DNA of 64,000 nucleotides from assembly GCA_040905425.1 (NCBI GenBank), contig JBBDRO010000100.1, positions 63,124 through 127,123 of the forward strand. Direction: 5' to 3'. A program made the translations under genes and the position numbers. The notes under the pieces are model-generated. The model ran no database searches and was not told the DNA's origin. It worked only from the letters and a program-made list of their open reading frames with translations. Positions 9,922-20,100 of the stretch are shown here, piece by piece. This DNA comes from Gemmatimonadota bacterium (lineage in GTDB: Bacteria > Gemmatimonadota > Gemmatimonadetes > Longimicrobiales > RSA9). Position 1 is the stretch's first letter; every line of letters starts with the position of its first letter.

Positions 9922-10287
9922 GGTGATTCTCCCGCTCGCCCTGCGGGCGGAGCGCCGTGTGATGATAGGGGCTACGCCGTGGGCGCCGATGCGCTTCATG
10001 GTGCGTGTCACGCCACACCCATAAGGCGAGGCTCATGCCGTATTCGCGAAAGCGCTGCACATGTTGTGGGAGAAGAACATCCACCGGTTCGGCCTGCCAC
10101 CGGGACTGTCCAGAATCAGGACATATGCCCGCGGCGTGGAGCCACCGGGCGAACGGCGAGTGCTGGCGCACGCGAGTCCCGGCCTGGCTGTATGGTATCC
10201 GGACAGTGTCGGGAATCTCCACAGCGGCGACGGGAGGGTCGGCCAACGCAGACCGGGAAACCGGCTCATCGTACCGGGAGGGCCGGC

Positions 10288-12381
10288 TCAGCCCACGTCG
10301 TAGAGCCGCGCGCGCTCCGCCCAGCGCGCACGCAGCGCGGCGGCCACCGCGGCGTGCTCCGGCGTGCGCAGCTCGGGATCCGCCGCCACGGCGGCCCGGG
10401 CGTCCCGCCGGGCCAGCAGCAGCAGATCCTCGTCTCGCTCAGGGTCGAAGTGGCGCAGCTCGGGCAGTCCGTGCTGGCGTGCGCCGAAGAAGTCTCCCAT
10501 GCCGCGCAGACGTAGATCGGCGAGCGCGATGGCAAAGCCGTCCTCCGTGCCCGCGAACAGTTGCAGACGTTCGGCCGCCTCCCCGCCGCCGGTGAGCAGG
10601 ACGCAATAGCTCTCCTCCCCGCCCCGGCCCACCCGCCCCCGCAACTGGTGCAGCTGCGAGAGTCCGAAGCGTTCCGCGTGCTCCACCACCATCACGGTGG
10701 CGTTGGGCACGTCGATACCCACTTCGATGACCGTGGTGGCCACGAGCACATCCAGCTCACCCGCCGCGAAGGAGCGCATGACCGCCTCCTTCTCCTGGCC
10801 CGCGAGCTGGCCGTGCAGGAGCCCCACCCGGAAGTCCGGAAAGACGTCCGTGGAGAGCCGCTCGTACTCCTCTGTAGCAGCCCGTCCGTCCACGTGCTCC
10901 GAGGCCTCCACCAGTGGGTAGACCAGGTACGCCTGCCGGCCGCGGCCGAGCTGCTCACGCACGAAGGCGTGCACGGCGCCGCGCTTCTCCTCCCCGCGCA
11001 GCGCGGTGCGCACCGGTAGCCGGCCCGGCGGCCGCTCGTCCAGCACGGACAGCTCCAGGTCCCCGTAGAGGGTGAGGGCCAGGGATCTGGGGATGGGCGT
11101 GGCCGACATGACGAGCACGTCGGGATCCCCCCCGGGCTCGGCCGCGCCGGGCGGTTCCGCAAGCGCCAGGCGCTGACGTACCCCGAAGCGATGCTGCTCG
11201 TCCACGATGGCCAGCCCCAGCCGGTGCCAGCGCACACCCTCCTGGATGAGCGCGTGGGTGCCCACGACCAGTTGCGCCCGGCCGCTCTCCACGCCCTCCC
11301 GCGCGGCGCGCCGCTCCGCCTGCGTCAAGCGCCCGGTCAGGAGCTCCACGCTCACCGGCAGCTCTCCCAGCAGGGTGCGCAGCGTACGGGCGTGCTGCTC
11401 GGCCAGGATCTCGGTGGGGGCCATGAGCGCCGCCTGATAGCCATTCTCCACTGCCAGCAGCATGGCCAGCAGCGCCACCACCGTCTTGCCCGAGCCCACG
11501 TCCCCCTGCAGGAGGCGGTTCATGCGCAGCGGAGCGGCCATGTCGGTGAAGATCTCCCGCAGCGCACGCGTCTGCGCGGCGGTGAGCTGGAAGGGCAGCG
11601 CGCGGTAGAGCGCGCCCACGAGCCGATCCGAGCGCTGGAAGGATATGCCGCCGCGCCCCGCGGTGGCGCGATCGGCCGCCAGCGCATGCAGGAGCTGGAG
11701 GAAGAAGAGTTCCTCATACGCCAGGCGGCGCCGTCCGCGCTCGGCATCCGCCAGCTTTTCCGGCCGGTGCAGCAGCGCCATAGCCTGCATGAGCGTGGGC
11801 AGGCCGGCCGCCTCGAGCTGCGCGCGTGGAAAGATCTCGGCGGGCTGCAGCAGTGGCAGGTGGCGGTCCAGATTCTGCTCCACGATGGCCCGTACCACCT
11901 TCTGGGAGAGGCCCTCCGTGGTGGGGTAGATGGGCAGGACCTTACCGCCCGCCTCCGCCTCCTCCGCACGCCCCAGGACCACGTACTCGCGCGGCTGCAT
12001 CTGCTTGCCGTGGAAGAAGCGCACGGGCCCGGTCACGAGCAGCAGGTCCCCCCGCCGGATGGTGCGCTCCAGGAAGGGTTGCCCCGGCCAGGAACACTCC
12101 AGCACGCCCGAGCGATCGCGCAGCACCGCCTGGAAGATGCGCAGCCCCCTGCGGGTGGGCAGGACGCCCTTGTCCATTACCTCACCGATAACGGTGGCGT
12201 CCGTGCCCAGCTCCACCTTCCCGATGGGCGTCACCGTGCTGGCGTCCTCGTAGCGGCGGGGCAGGTGGAAGAGGAGGTCGCGCACCGTGTGGACGCCGAT
12301 GCGCCCCAACGCTTCGGCCCTCCGGGGACCCACCCCCTTGAGGAATTGTACCGATCCATCCAGAGGAGACGGGCCGCTCAT
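10288..12381 (-). CDS. recG: ATP-dependent DNA helicase RecG
   Basis: LQGDVGSGKT, DEQHRFG, MSATPIPR, TTVIEVGIDVP, QLHQLRGRVGRG. Confidence 0.97.
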   Translation of the reverse strand: MSGPSPLDGSVQFLKGVGPRRAEALGRIGVHTVRDLLFHLPRRYEDASTVTPIGKVELGTDATVIGEVMDKGVLPTRRGLRIFQAVLRDRSGVLECSWPGQPFLERTIRRGDLLLVTGPVRFFHGKQMQPREYVVLGRAEEAEAGGKVLPIYPTTEGLSQKVVRAIVEQNLDRHLPLLQPAEIFPRAQLEAAGLPTLMQAMALLHRPEKLADAERGRRRLAYEELFFLQLLHALAADRATAGRGGISFQRSDRLVGALYRALPFQLTAAQTRALREIFTDMAAPLRMNRLLQGDVGSGKTVVALLAMLLAVENGYQAALMAPTEILAEQHARTLRTLLGELPVSVELLTGRLTQAERRAAREGVESGRAQLVVGTHALIQEGVRWHRLGLAIVDEQHRFGVRQRLALAEPPGAAEPGGDPDVLVMSATPIPRSLALTLYGDLELSVLDERPPGRLPVRTALRGEEKRGAVHAFVREQLGRGRQAYLVYPLVEASEHVDGRAATEEYERLSTDVFPDFRVGLLHGQLAGQEKEAVMRSFAAGELDVLVATTVIEVGIDVPNATVMVVEHAERFGLSQLHQLRGRVGRGGEESYCVLLTGGGEAAERLQLFAGTEDGFAIALADLRLRGMGDFFGARQHGLPELRHFDPERDEDLLLLARRDARAAVAADPELRTPEHAAVAAALRARWAERARLYDVG

Positions 12382-12390
12382 GGCACGCGC

Positions 12391-13308
12391 CTACGGCGCC
12401 AACACGCCCCGCACGAAATCAGCGGGGCGGAAGGGTTCCAGATCCGCCGCGGCCTCGCCCGTACCGACCAGTTTGACGGGCACGTCCAGCTCCGTCTCCA
12501 GCGCTACCACGATGCCGCCCCGGGCCGTGCTGTCCAGCTTGGCCAGGGCAAAACCGGAGACCTCCAGTGCCCCGGCAAAGGTACGGGCCTGCGCCACGGC
12601 GTTCTGCCCCACGGTGGCGTCCAGCACGAGCAGCGTCTCGTGCGGCGCGCCCGGCAGGCGGCGCGCCAGCACCCGCTCGACCTTGGTCAGTTCGCTCATC
12701 AGGTCACGCTGCGTGTGCAGGCGCCCGGCCGTGTCCACCAGCACCACGTCGTGGCCCCGCGCCTCGGCCGCGTCCACCGCGTCGAAGGCCACCGCGGCCG
12801 GGTCGGCGCCCGGGCGGGCGCCCACGAAGCCCGCGTCCACCCGTTCGGCCCATACCCGCAGCTGGTCCACGGCGCCAGCCCGGAAGGTGTCGGCGGCCGC
12901 CAGCAGCGGCCGCTGCCCCGCCGCGTGCAGCCGGTGCGCGAGCTTGGCCAGCGTGGTGGTCTTGCCCACGCCGTTGACGCCCACGAACAGGTAGACCGTG
13001 GGTCCCGCCGCCGCCGTGGCGAGCGTACGGTCCCGTCCCTCGAGGAGGGCCAGGAGCTCGCCCTCCAGGGCATCCCGGAAGTCCTGCTCGGTGCGGACCT
13101 TTCCGCCCCGGGAAACGCTCTCCATCCGATCCACGAGCCGCAGCGTGGCCGCCACGCCGAAATCCGCCTCCAGCAGGAGTTCCTCGATGGCCTCGAGCGA
13201 GCCCTCGTCCAGGCCGCGGACCAGCACCCCCACGTCCGTGAGGGCCACATCCCGGATGCGGCCCCAGAGCGAGCGCCCTTCTTCTGCGCGGCGCGCCAGT
13301 CGACTCAT
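12391..13308 (-). CDS. ftsY: signal recognition particle receptor FtsY
   Basis: GVNGVGKTTT, DTFRAGA, DTAGR, KLDSTARGG, GTGE. Confidence 0.96.
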   Translation of the reverse strand: MSRLARRAEEGRSLWGRIRDVALTDVGVLVRGLDEGSLEAIEELLLEADFGVAATLRLVDRMESVSRGGKVRTEQDFRDALEGELLALLEGRDRTLATAAAGPTVYLFVGVNGVGKTTTLAKLAHRLHAAGQRPLLAAADTFRAGAVDQLRVWAERVDAGFVGARPGADPAAVAFDAVDAAEARGHDVVLVDTAGRLHTQRDLMSELTKVERVLARRLPGAPHETLLVLDATVGQNAVAQARTFAGALEVSGFALAKLDSTARGGIVVALETELDVPVKLVGTGEAAADLEPFRPADFVRGVLAP

Positions 13309-13332
13309 GGTTTCCTTGCTTCGTGAGGCATG

Positions 13333-15300
13333 TCAGCGGAGCCCCCAACGGCGGCGCAGCGTCCACTCCGTGGCCAGGAGGAGGAGCAGCGCCAGCCAGG
13401 GCCAGGGCGAGGAGCGCAGCGGCGCGCCCCGTCCCGTGCGAGCGGCACCGTTGGCCAGCGCGGCACCCGCCGGCGCCAGCCCCTCGAGCGGTACCGCCGG
13501 ACGTACCCACTCGGCGGCGAAGGGTTCGACGGTGAGCGGGCCCGTGTACTGCTGATCCCCGAGCGCCGCCCGGTAGGCGTAATGCCCCGGCATCAGCGGA
13601 GGCGTGACGGCCGTGCCGTCGCGTGCCAGCACGAGCGTGGTGTCCATCACCGTCCCGCCTGCGCTGTCCGCCACCTGGACGCGCACCGTGTCTCCGGCAA
13701 AGCCCGGCGCACGCCATGCCATCTCCTCGCCGCGCGGCACGGCACGGCGCACCGGCTCCACCACGTCCCCGTCCACCACGGCCGGATCCCGGGCGAGCCA
13801 GCCGGCCAGCGCCGCCCACAGGCGAAGATGGACGGTGCGCGCCTGACCACCCCGAAAGGCCCACCGCCAGTAATCCTCCCCCAGGGCCACGACCCAGCGC
13901 CGCCCAGCGCCCTCGCCGGCCAGCGCCAACGGTGCGGAAGGGCCCCTGGTGCCCCGGCGGACCCGGAGCGGGGCCCAGGCACCCTCGGGCACCGCCGCGG
14001 GGCTCCTGAGGGCCGTCAGGGGCGGTACGCCGGCCGTTTCCAGGCCGGCCAGATGGGGGGCCACCGGTGAGGCGGGCACATCCGGGTCGAGGTACCAGTC
14101 CGCCTCCACGCGCGCGCCCACCACGACCGGCGTACCGGGGACGGCTCCCTCCGCGGCTGGAAATACCACCGCCCGGCGCGCCGCCGCGGCCGCGGCGCTC
14201 ACCCAGGAGGGCGCATCCGACCCGGTGCCGTGGAAGACCGCCACGCGGGCTTCCGCGAGGGCGGCGCGCACCGCCGCTTCCGACACTGGCGCCCCGGCGT
14301 CCCCGCCCGCGCCACCGCGCACCCAACGCCCCTCGGCAACGCGCAGGTAGGCCGCCACCGGCACCCCGAGGGCGCCGGCCAGCGCGGGTTGCAGGAAGCG
14401 GGGCTCCTGGTCGGGCAGCAGGGACACGATCACCACGCCCGCCGGCCGCGGTCCTACCCGTACGTACGCCGACCTGCTCCAGGGGGATGGGCCGGTGGCG
14501 TCCTGAAGCGCCGCGTCCAGCCGCACCAGACCGCCGCCGCCCGGCGCCGGCGGGGTGACGCGCAGCGTGCCGGTGGCCACCCGCCCCGGCACGGGCGTCG
14601 CCACCGCGGCCCGACCCAGCTCCCGGCCCCCGGCGCGCAGCACCACGGTGAGCGAATCCGCCCGGGGCTCACCCGCCGGCGCACGCACCCCGAAGCGCAC
14701 GTCCACCGGCTCACCCGCCTCCGCCCAGGCGGGCGCGTCCAGCTCGGCCAACATGGGCGGGCGCCCGCCGCCGGCCACGTCCCGGACCTCCAGCTCCAGC
14801 CCCAGGCGCGGCAGCCAGCGCGCCACCTCCGCGGCATCCTCCACGCCCCGGTCGGTGACCACCAGTACCCGCCGGGCGCCCAGTTCCGCGGCGGCCTTGA
14901 GCGCCGGCAACAGCCGGGTGACCGGAGCGGCCGGGGTGAGCGCCTCCAGCGAGTCGGCTGGCACCGGCCGCACCGCCGCGCCGAAGACCAGCACCGGCGC
15001 TCCATCGGCCCGGTCCCGCGCGGCCGCCACGCCCCGCTCCCAGGCGGTGGCGCCATCCGTGGCCGCCGACATGCTGAGCGAGCCGTCGAGAAGAACCGCC
15101 TGCCGCGCATCCGCCCCGCCGCCGGCCGATCGATGGGGATCCAGGAGGAGGAGCGCCACGAGCGTGAGCGCTAGCGCTCGCAGCGCCGCCAGCAAGGGAC
15201 GGCCGCGGCCGGGCGCCTCACGGTTCCGGTACAGGTACAGCGCACCCGCGGCAAAGGAGGCCGCGGCCAGTACCAGGAGGATCCAGTCGGTTGCGCTCAT
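13333..15300 (-). CDS. membrane-anchored vWA-like hypothetical protein
   Basis: Two N-terminal TM helices; MIDAS-like LLDGSLSM and VVTD; C-terminal TM ending LATEWTLRRRWGLR. Confidence 0.65.
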   Translation of the reverse strand: MSATDWILLVLAAASFAAGALYLYRNREAPGRGRPLLAALRALALTLVALLLLDPHRSAGGGADARQAVLLDGSLSMSAATDGATAWERGVAAARDRADGAPVLVFGAAVRPVPADSLEALTPAAPVTRLLPALKAAAELGARRVLVVTDRGVEDAAEVARWLPRLGLELEVRDVAGGGRPPMLAELDAPAWAEAGEPVDVRFGVRAPAGEPRADSLTVVLRAGGRELGRAAVATPVPGRVATGTLRVTPPAPGGGGLVRLDAALQDATGPSPWSRSAYVRVGPRPAGVVIVSLLPDQEPRFLQPALAGALGVPVAAYLRVAEGRWVRGGAGGDAGAPVSEAAVRAALAEARVAVFHGTGSDAPSWVSAAAAAARRAVVFPAAEGAVPGTPVVVGARVEADWYLDPDVPASPVAPHLAGLETAGVPPLTALRSPAAVPEGAWAPLRVRRGTRGPSAPLALAGEGAGRRWVVALGEDYWRWAFRGGQARTVHLRLWAALAGWLARDPAVVDGDVVEPVRRAVPRGEEMAWRAPGFAGDTVRVQVADSAGGTVMDTTLVLARDGTAVTPPLMPGHYAYRAALGDQQYTGPLTVEPFAAEWVRPAVPLEGLAPAGAALANGAARTGRGAPLRSSPWPWLALLLLLATEWTLRRRWGLR

Positions 15301-15443
15301 CTCTCAACGATCGGGGGCGCGCGCGGGCGGCGCCATGGCAAACGCGGCCGGCAAGCGCAAAAGCAGGAGCCCGCCGGCTGCCGCCCGCGGGCTCTCCTGC
15401 GCAGATCGCGCCACCGCGCCCTCGGCGCGCCGCCCGGCCCGCC

Positions 15444-16733
15444 TCAGGATCCGGCGGCGGCCGCGGGTGCGGGCGTGTCAGCCTTCCGCTCGGCCGACCA
15501 GCCGACCCCCAGCAGTTGCCATCGTGCCGCCGCCACGCTGTCGAACGCCGCGCGCGCGGCACCCGCGATGGCCGGCGCGTCCGGCAGCTTCACCTTGCGG
15601 GCGTCGATGGCCACGCCGTTTTCACGCAATTCGTAATGCAGGTGCGCGCCGGTAACCAGGCCGGTGGCGCCCACCCGGCCCACCACGTCGCCGAGCTTGA
15701 CCTTGTCCCCGCGCCTGACCTGGATGCGCGACAGGTGGGCGTAGCGGGTCTCGTAACCGCTGAAATGGCGAACCCGCACCAGGTTGCCGTAGCCGCCGTC
15801 GGCGCCAGCGAAGCTGACCGTGCCGTTGGCGGTTGCCTTTACGGGCGTCCCCGCCGGAGCGCCGTAATCCGTGCCCTGGTGGGCCCGGTAGATCCCCAGC
15901 ACCGGATGGTAGCGGCGCGGATTGAAGCCGGACGTCACGCCGTAGTCCACCGGGTAGCGACTGAAGCCCTGCTGAATGGACCTGCCCTCGTGCGTGTAGT
16001 AGCCGGCCACGTTCGCATCCCGCGGCGATTCGTACCAGATGGCCGGGTAGGACTGGCCGCCGCTCGTCATCTCGGCGGCCAGGATCATGGTGCCGCGCGC
16101 CGTGCCGTCGGGGCGCGCCTCGCGCTCGTAGACAAAGCGGAAGCCGTCTCCGGGCTGGATCTCGCGATTAAAGTCGAGCTGGAACTGGTAGACGTCCGCC
16201 AGGCCCCGGGCCAGCACGTAGCGGTCGGAGACGGGCGCGGTGGACTCCAGGACGAGGGCGTCCCAGAGCGACGTGGTGATGCTGCCCTCCACCACGACGG
16301 TATCCACCCTGGTGGGAGTGAGCAGGAGCTGGCTCTGCCAGCCGAAGTCGGAACGCGCCAGGCGCACGGTGCTGTCCGCGTTCACCCGCACGTCCACCAG
16401 GCGCGGCTCCGCCGTGTTCTGCCAGCGCCGCACCGTGACCTCCGCCCCCGGCTTCAGCCTGCGTGGACTGTGCTGCTGGCGGAGCGCCAGCAGCAGATCG
16501 GCCAGTTCGTTGCCCGTGATGGCCGCCCTGGAGAGCACGGCACCGAGCGTCTGGCCCGGCTCCAGGACGTGCGTCTCCACGTCCTCCACCGGCCGGGCGT
16601 AGACGGCGTCCAGGATGGGCGTGTCCACCGTGGGCGCCGGCATGTCGGCGGGGCGTTCCAGAATGGTGACGCCGCCGAGCCCTACCAGCGTGGCCACGGC
16701 CAGCACGGCCGCCTTGTATGGGTTCCCCTTCAA
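15444..16733 (-). CDS. M23 family peptidoglycan endopeptidase (MepM-like)
   Basis: N-terminal TM; HQGTDYGA (HxxxD); GYGN; YAHLS; GAHLHYE (HxH). Confidence 0.92.
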   Translation of the reverse strand: MKGNPYKAAVLAVATLVGLGGVTILERPADMPAPTVDTPILDAVYARPVEDVETHVLEPGQTLGAVLSRAAITGNELADLLLALRQQHSPRRLKPGAEVTVRRWQNTAEPRLVDVRVNADSTVRLARSDFGWQSQLLLTPTRVDTVVVEGSITTSLWDALVLESTAPVSDRYVLARGLADVYQFQLDFNREIQPGDGFRFVYEREARPDGTARGTMILAAEMTSGGQSYPAIWYESPRDANVAGYYTHEGRSIQQGFSRYPVDYGVTSGFNPRRYHPVLGIYRAHQGTDYGAPAGTPVKATANGTVSFAGADGGYGNLVRVRHFSGYETRYAHLSRIQVRRGDKVKLGDVVGRVGATGLVTGAHLHYELRENGVAIDARKVKLPDAPAIAGAARAAFDSVAAARWQLLGVGWSAERKADTPAPAAAAGS

Positions 16734-16761
16734 ACCTGTTGTCCCCGTCTTCGGGTGTCGA

Positions 16762-17973
16762 TCAATCCATCTGCCGGCGGATGAACGTCGGAATGTCCAG
16801 GTCCGTGAGCTGCTGCCGCCCCAGCGGCACCGCCGAGGGCCGCGCGAAGGGCATGGCCTCCTCGTAGGCGCCCGCGCTCATGGCGGGGCCAGCGGAGCCT
16901 CCCCCCACCGCCGCGCGCCGCGGCTGCTCAGCCCCCGCCGCGGCCATGGCCGGCGCCCTGGTGCGCCGTCCGAAATCGGGGCGGACCAGGTTGTCCCTCG
17001 GCTGTTCCTCTTCCTTTTCCAGCCCGGTGGCAATGACGGTGCAGCGCACCTTCCCTTCGAGGGAAGGATCGTGGACGGCGCCGAAGATGATCTCACTCTC
17101 GTCACCGGCCGCCTCCTGGATAATGGAGGCTATAGTGGTGACTTCGTCAATGGTCAGGTCCATGCCACCGGTGATGTTGATGAGCACGCCGGCGGCGCCC
17201 TCGATGGTCACATTGTCCAGCAGCGGGCTCGAAATGGCCTCCTGGGCGGCCTCCACGGCGCGGTTCTCACCCGTGCCGAAGCCGCTGCCCATGAGCGCCG
17301 GTCCGCGGCTCTGCATGACCGTGCGTACGTCCGCGAAGTCCACGTTCACGTCACCGGTCACGTGGATCAGGTCACTGATCCCCTGGGTGGCGTGCAGCAG
17401 CACCTCGTCCGCCTTCTTCAGGGCGTCACGGAAGGAGGTACCCTTCCCCACCACCGAGAGGAGCCGTTCGTTGGGCACCACGATGACCGTGTCCGCGCAG
17501 CGCTTCAGTTCCGCCAGGCCCATATCGGCCTGCCGCATGCGCTTCTTGCCCTCGAAGAGGAACGGGCGCGTCACGATACCGATGGTGAGCGCCCCCATCT
17601 CGCGGGCGATCTCCGCGATGACGGGCGCGGCGCCGGTACCGGTGCCGCCCCCCATACCCGCGGTGATGAAGACAAGGTCCGCGCCGGCCAGGTACTCGGC
17701 CATCTCCTCGCGGCTCTCCTCGATGGCCTGGCGGCCGATTTCCGGACGCGCCCCCGCGCCCAGGCCGCGCGTCAGCTTCTTGCCGATCTGCACCTTGATG
17801 GGCGCCTTGTTGAGCTTGAGCGACTGGGAATCCGTGTTGACGCTCAGGAACTCCACGCCTTCGAGGTCCTCGTCGATCATGCGGTTGATGGCGTTGCCGC
17901 CGCCGCCGCCCACGCCGATGACCTTCATCTTGGCGTTCTGTACGGCACCCTCTTCGAATTCGAAGATCATCAT
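16762..17973 (-). CDS. ftsZ: cell division protein FtsZ
   Basis: [25 protein letters not shown]-terminal [10 protein letters not shown]. Confidence 0.99.
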   Translation of the reverse strand: MMIFEFEEGAVQNAKMKVIGVGGGGGNAINRMIDEDLEGVEFLSVNTDSQSLKLNKAPIKVQIGKKLTRGLGAGARPEIGRQAIEESREEMAEYLAGADLVFITAGMGGGTGTGAAPVIAEIAREMGALTIGIVTRPFLFEGKKRMRQADMGLAELKRCADTVIVVPNERLLSVVGKGTSFRDALKKADEVLLHATQGISDLIHVTGDVNVDFADVRTVMQSRGPALMGSGFGTGENRAVEAAQEAISSPLLDNVTIEGAAGVLINITGGMDLTIDEVTTIASIIQEAAGDESEIIFGAVHDPSLEGKVRCTVIATGLEKEEEQPRDNLVRPDFGRRTRAPAMAAAGAEQPRRAAVGGGSAGPAMSAGAYEEAMPFARPSAVPLGRQQLTDLDIPTFIRRQMD

Positions 17974-18107
17974 GGTCAGGACCTCCTGCAGGTGATCGCC
18001 GGCCGCGCCCTCGCGGCGGCGGTCGTGAAAATGTCGGTTCGGATCTATGTGCAGCCGGCCGCGCCGCGCGCGCTCGTAGCGCGCCGGAGCGTGCCGGACG
18101 TCGTCGC

Positions 18108-19334
18108 TTAAAAGAACTCCTTCAACCAGTCCATCACGCGTCCCATGGCGCCCGTACCCAGGCGCGAACCGGCGGCGTAGCCCACCGCCTCCGCGCCCAT
18201 CAGGGTGAGCCCCGTGGCGGTGGCGAACTGCGGGCGGCGCACCGAGTCCGCCAGCCCGCCCAACCCCTCCGCGGGAATGCCTACGCGCACCGGCATACCG
18301 AAGACGTGCTGGGCCACCTCCACGGCCCCCGCCAGGCCGGCACCGCCCCCCGTGAGCACGGCCCCGGCACCCAGCTTGCCCTCCTCGCCGGCGTTCTCCA
18401 GCTCCCGCGCCACCAGCCCCAGGATCTCGTCCAGACGCTGCTCGATGATGTGCGCGATGAGCTCGCGGGCCACGGTACGCGTGGTCCCGGGGCCGGGCCC
18501 AGGCAGCTCCACCGTCTCGCGCGGGTCCACCAGCTGGGCGAACGCCACGCCGTGCTTCTCCTTGGCCTTCTCCGCCTCCGCGTAGGTGATCGACAGGCCC
18601 TTGGCCAGGTCATTGGTCACAGTGCCGCCGCCCCAGGGGATGGAGGCCAGGTGGCGCATCTTGCCGTCCCGGAAGACGGCCAGCTCCGTGGTGGCCCCGC
18701 CCAGGTCCACCAGCGCCACACCCACGTCCTTCTCGTCCGCACTCACCACCGCATGGGAGGTGGCCAGCGGCTCGTGGATGGTGGCCGCGATGCGGTAGCC
18801 CGCGCGGCTCACCGCCTTGCGCAGGTTCTGCGAGGCTGCAATGGAGGAGGTGATGATGTAGACCTCCGCCTCCAGGCGCGTGCCGGCCATCCCCACGGGG
18901 TCGTGGATGCCCTTCTGGTGGTCCACCACGTACTCCTGCGGGAGCACGTGCAGCACCTCGCGGTCGGCGGGCACCACCACGGCGCGCGCCACCTCGTGCA
19001 CGCGCTTGACGTCGGCGGCGGCAATCTCCTCCCCGCCGACCGCCACCACGCCGGTGGACGTGCGGGCGTGGATGTACTCCCCCGCCACACCGGTGAAGAC
19101 GTCCTGCACCTGCACGCCGGCCATGAGCTCCGCCTCCTTCATGGCGGCGCGCACGGAGGCGGTAGTGCCCTCGATGTCGGTCACCACCTCGCGGCGCATG
19201 CCGCCGGTGCGGCTCTGCCCCACGCCCAGGATCTTGATGGCGGGGCCCGCACGGGTGCCCGCCAGCACCTCGGCGATCACGGCGCAGGTCTTGGTACTGC
19301 CGATGTCGAGTCCGGCTACCACGTTGGGTCGCAT
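18108..19334 (-). CDS. ftsA: cell division protein FtsA
   Basis: [23 protein letters not shown]-terminal amphipathic WLKEFF. Confidence 0.97.
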   Translation of the reverse strand: MRPNVVAGLDIGSTKTCAVIAEVLAGTRAGPAIKILGVGQSRTGGMRREVVTDIEGTTASVRAAMKEAELMAGVQVQDVFTGVAGEYIHARTSTGVVAVGGEEIAAADVKRVHEVARAVVVPADREVLHVLPQEYVVDHQKGIHDPVGMAGTRLEAEVYIITSSIAASQNLRKAVSRAGYRIAATIHEPLATSHAVVSADEKDVGVALVDLGGATTELAVFRDGKMRHLASIPWGGGTVTNDLAKGLSITYAEAEKAKEKHGVAFAQLVDPRETVELPGPGPGTTRTVARELIAHIIEQRLDEILGLVARELENAGEEGKLGAGAVLTGGGAGLAGAVEVAQHVFGMPVRVGIPAEGLGGLADSVRRPQFATATGLTLMGAEAVGYAAGSRLGTGAMGRVMDWLKEFF

Positions 19335-19335
19335 G

Positions 19336-20100
19336 TCAGCCTGCTGTTTCGTCACGGACGGCGCCGCCGCCCTGGAGCTTCACGATCACCTGCTCGGGGC
19401 CACGCGCGTCCAGGCGCGTCAGCCGGCCCAGCTCGCCCCGCGCGGCCAGGTCCGCCAGCGTGAGCCGCACCTGCTGCAGCATGCGCGGCGAGGGGAGCGC
19501 GGGGAGCCACACCTCGGGCGCGCCGGCCGAGCGGAGCACCCAGCGCACGTCCATGCCCGCCGCCGGCGCCAGTTCGGAGATCCACCCCGCCAGCGCGGGA
19601 TCCAGGCGCCGGACGAGCGCGGCGGCCTCCGCCAGGCGCCGCCCGGTCTCGTCCAGCCGGCCCGCGGCACCGGGCACGGCCACGGTGGACAGCACCGGCA
19701 GGTCCAGACCGGCCGCCGCGGGATCGATCGGCAGCAGCCGGCCCTGGGCGTCCACGGGCACCAGCTCAGGCGTGCGCGCCAGCGCCACCGGCTCGGTCTC
19801 GCGCAGCTCCAGGCGCACCGTCCCCGGCAGCCGGCGCTCGATACGCGCATCAGCCACCATGGGATGATCGAGCAGCGCCAGGCGCCACGGCTCGGCGCTG
19901 TCGAAGACGCTGGTCTCAGCGGTGATGCCGCTGGCGGCGATGGCGTCGGCAACGGGCAGCAGGCGCGTCCCGGTCACCTCCACGTGCGCCACGCGGAAGG
20001 CGTCGGCGCGCCGCAGCGCCAGCGGCGCGGCGGCCCCCGCGCCGGTCAGCAGGACGGCCGCGCCGCCCACCACCAGGATGCGCCCCAGGTGCGTGTTCAT
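19336..20100 (-). CDS. ftsQ: cell division protein FtsQ/DivIB
   Basis: N-terminal TM; POTRA-like VEVTG...IERRLPGTVRLELRE; position between murC and ftsA. Confidence 0.88.
   Translation of the reverse strand: MNTHLGRILVVGGAAVLLTGAGAAAPLALRRADAFRVAHVEVTGTRLLPVADAIAASGITAETSVFDSAEPWRLALLDHPMVADARIERRLPGTVRLELRETEPVALARTPELVPVDAQGRLLPIDPAAAGLDLPVLSTVAVPGAAGRLDETGRRLAEAAALVRRLDPALAGWISELAPAAGMDVRWVLRSAGAPEVWLPALPSPRMLQQVRLTLADLAARGELGRLTRLDARGPEQVIVKLQGGGAVRDETAG

Noticed and set aside
9922..10287. c-di-GMP riboswitch upstream of the HD-GYP gene
   Set aside because: I could not find the GEMM-type GGCAAAC / GNRA / receptor arrangement on the coding strand by eye; an Infernal scan is needed.
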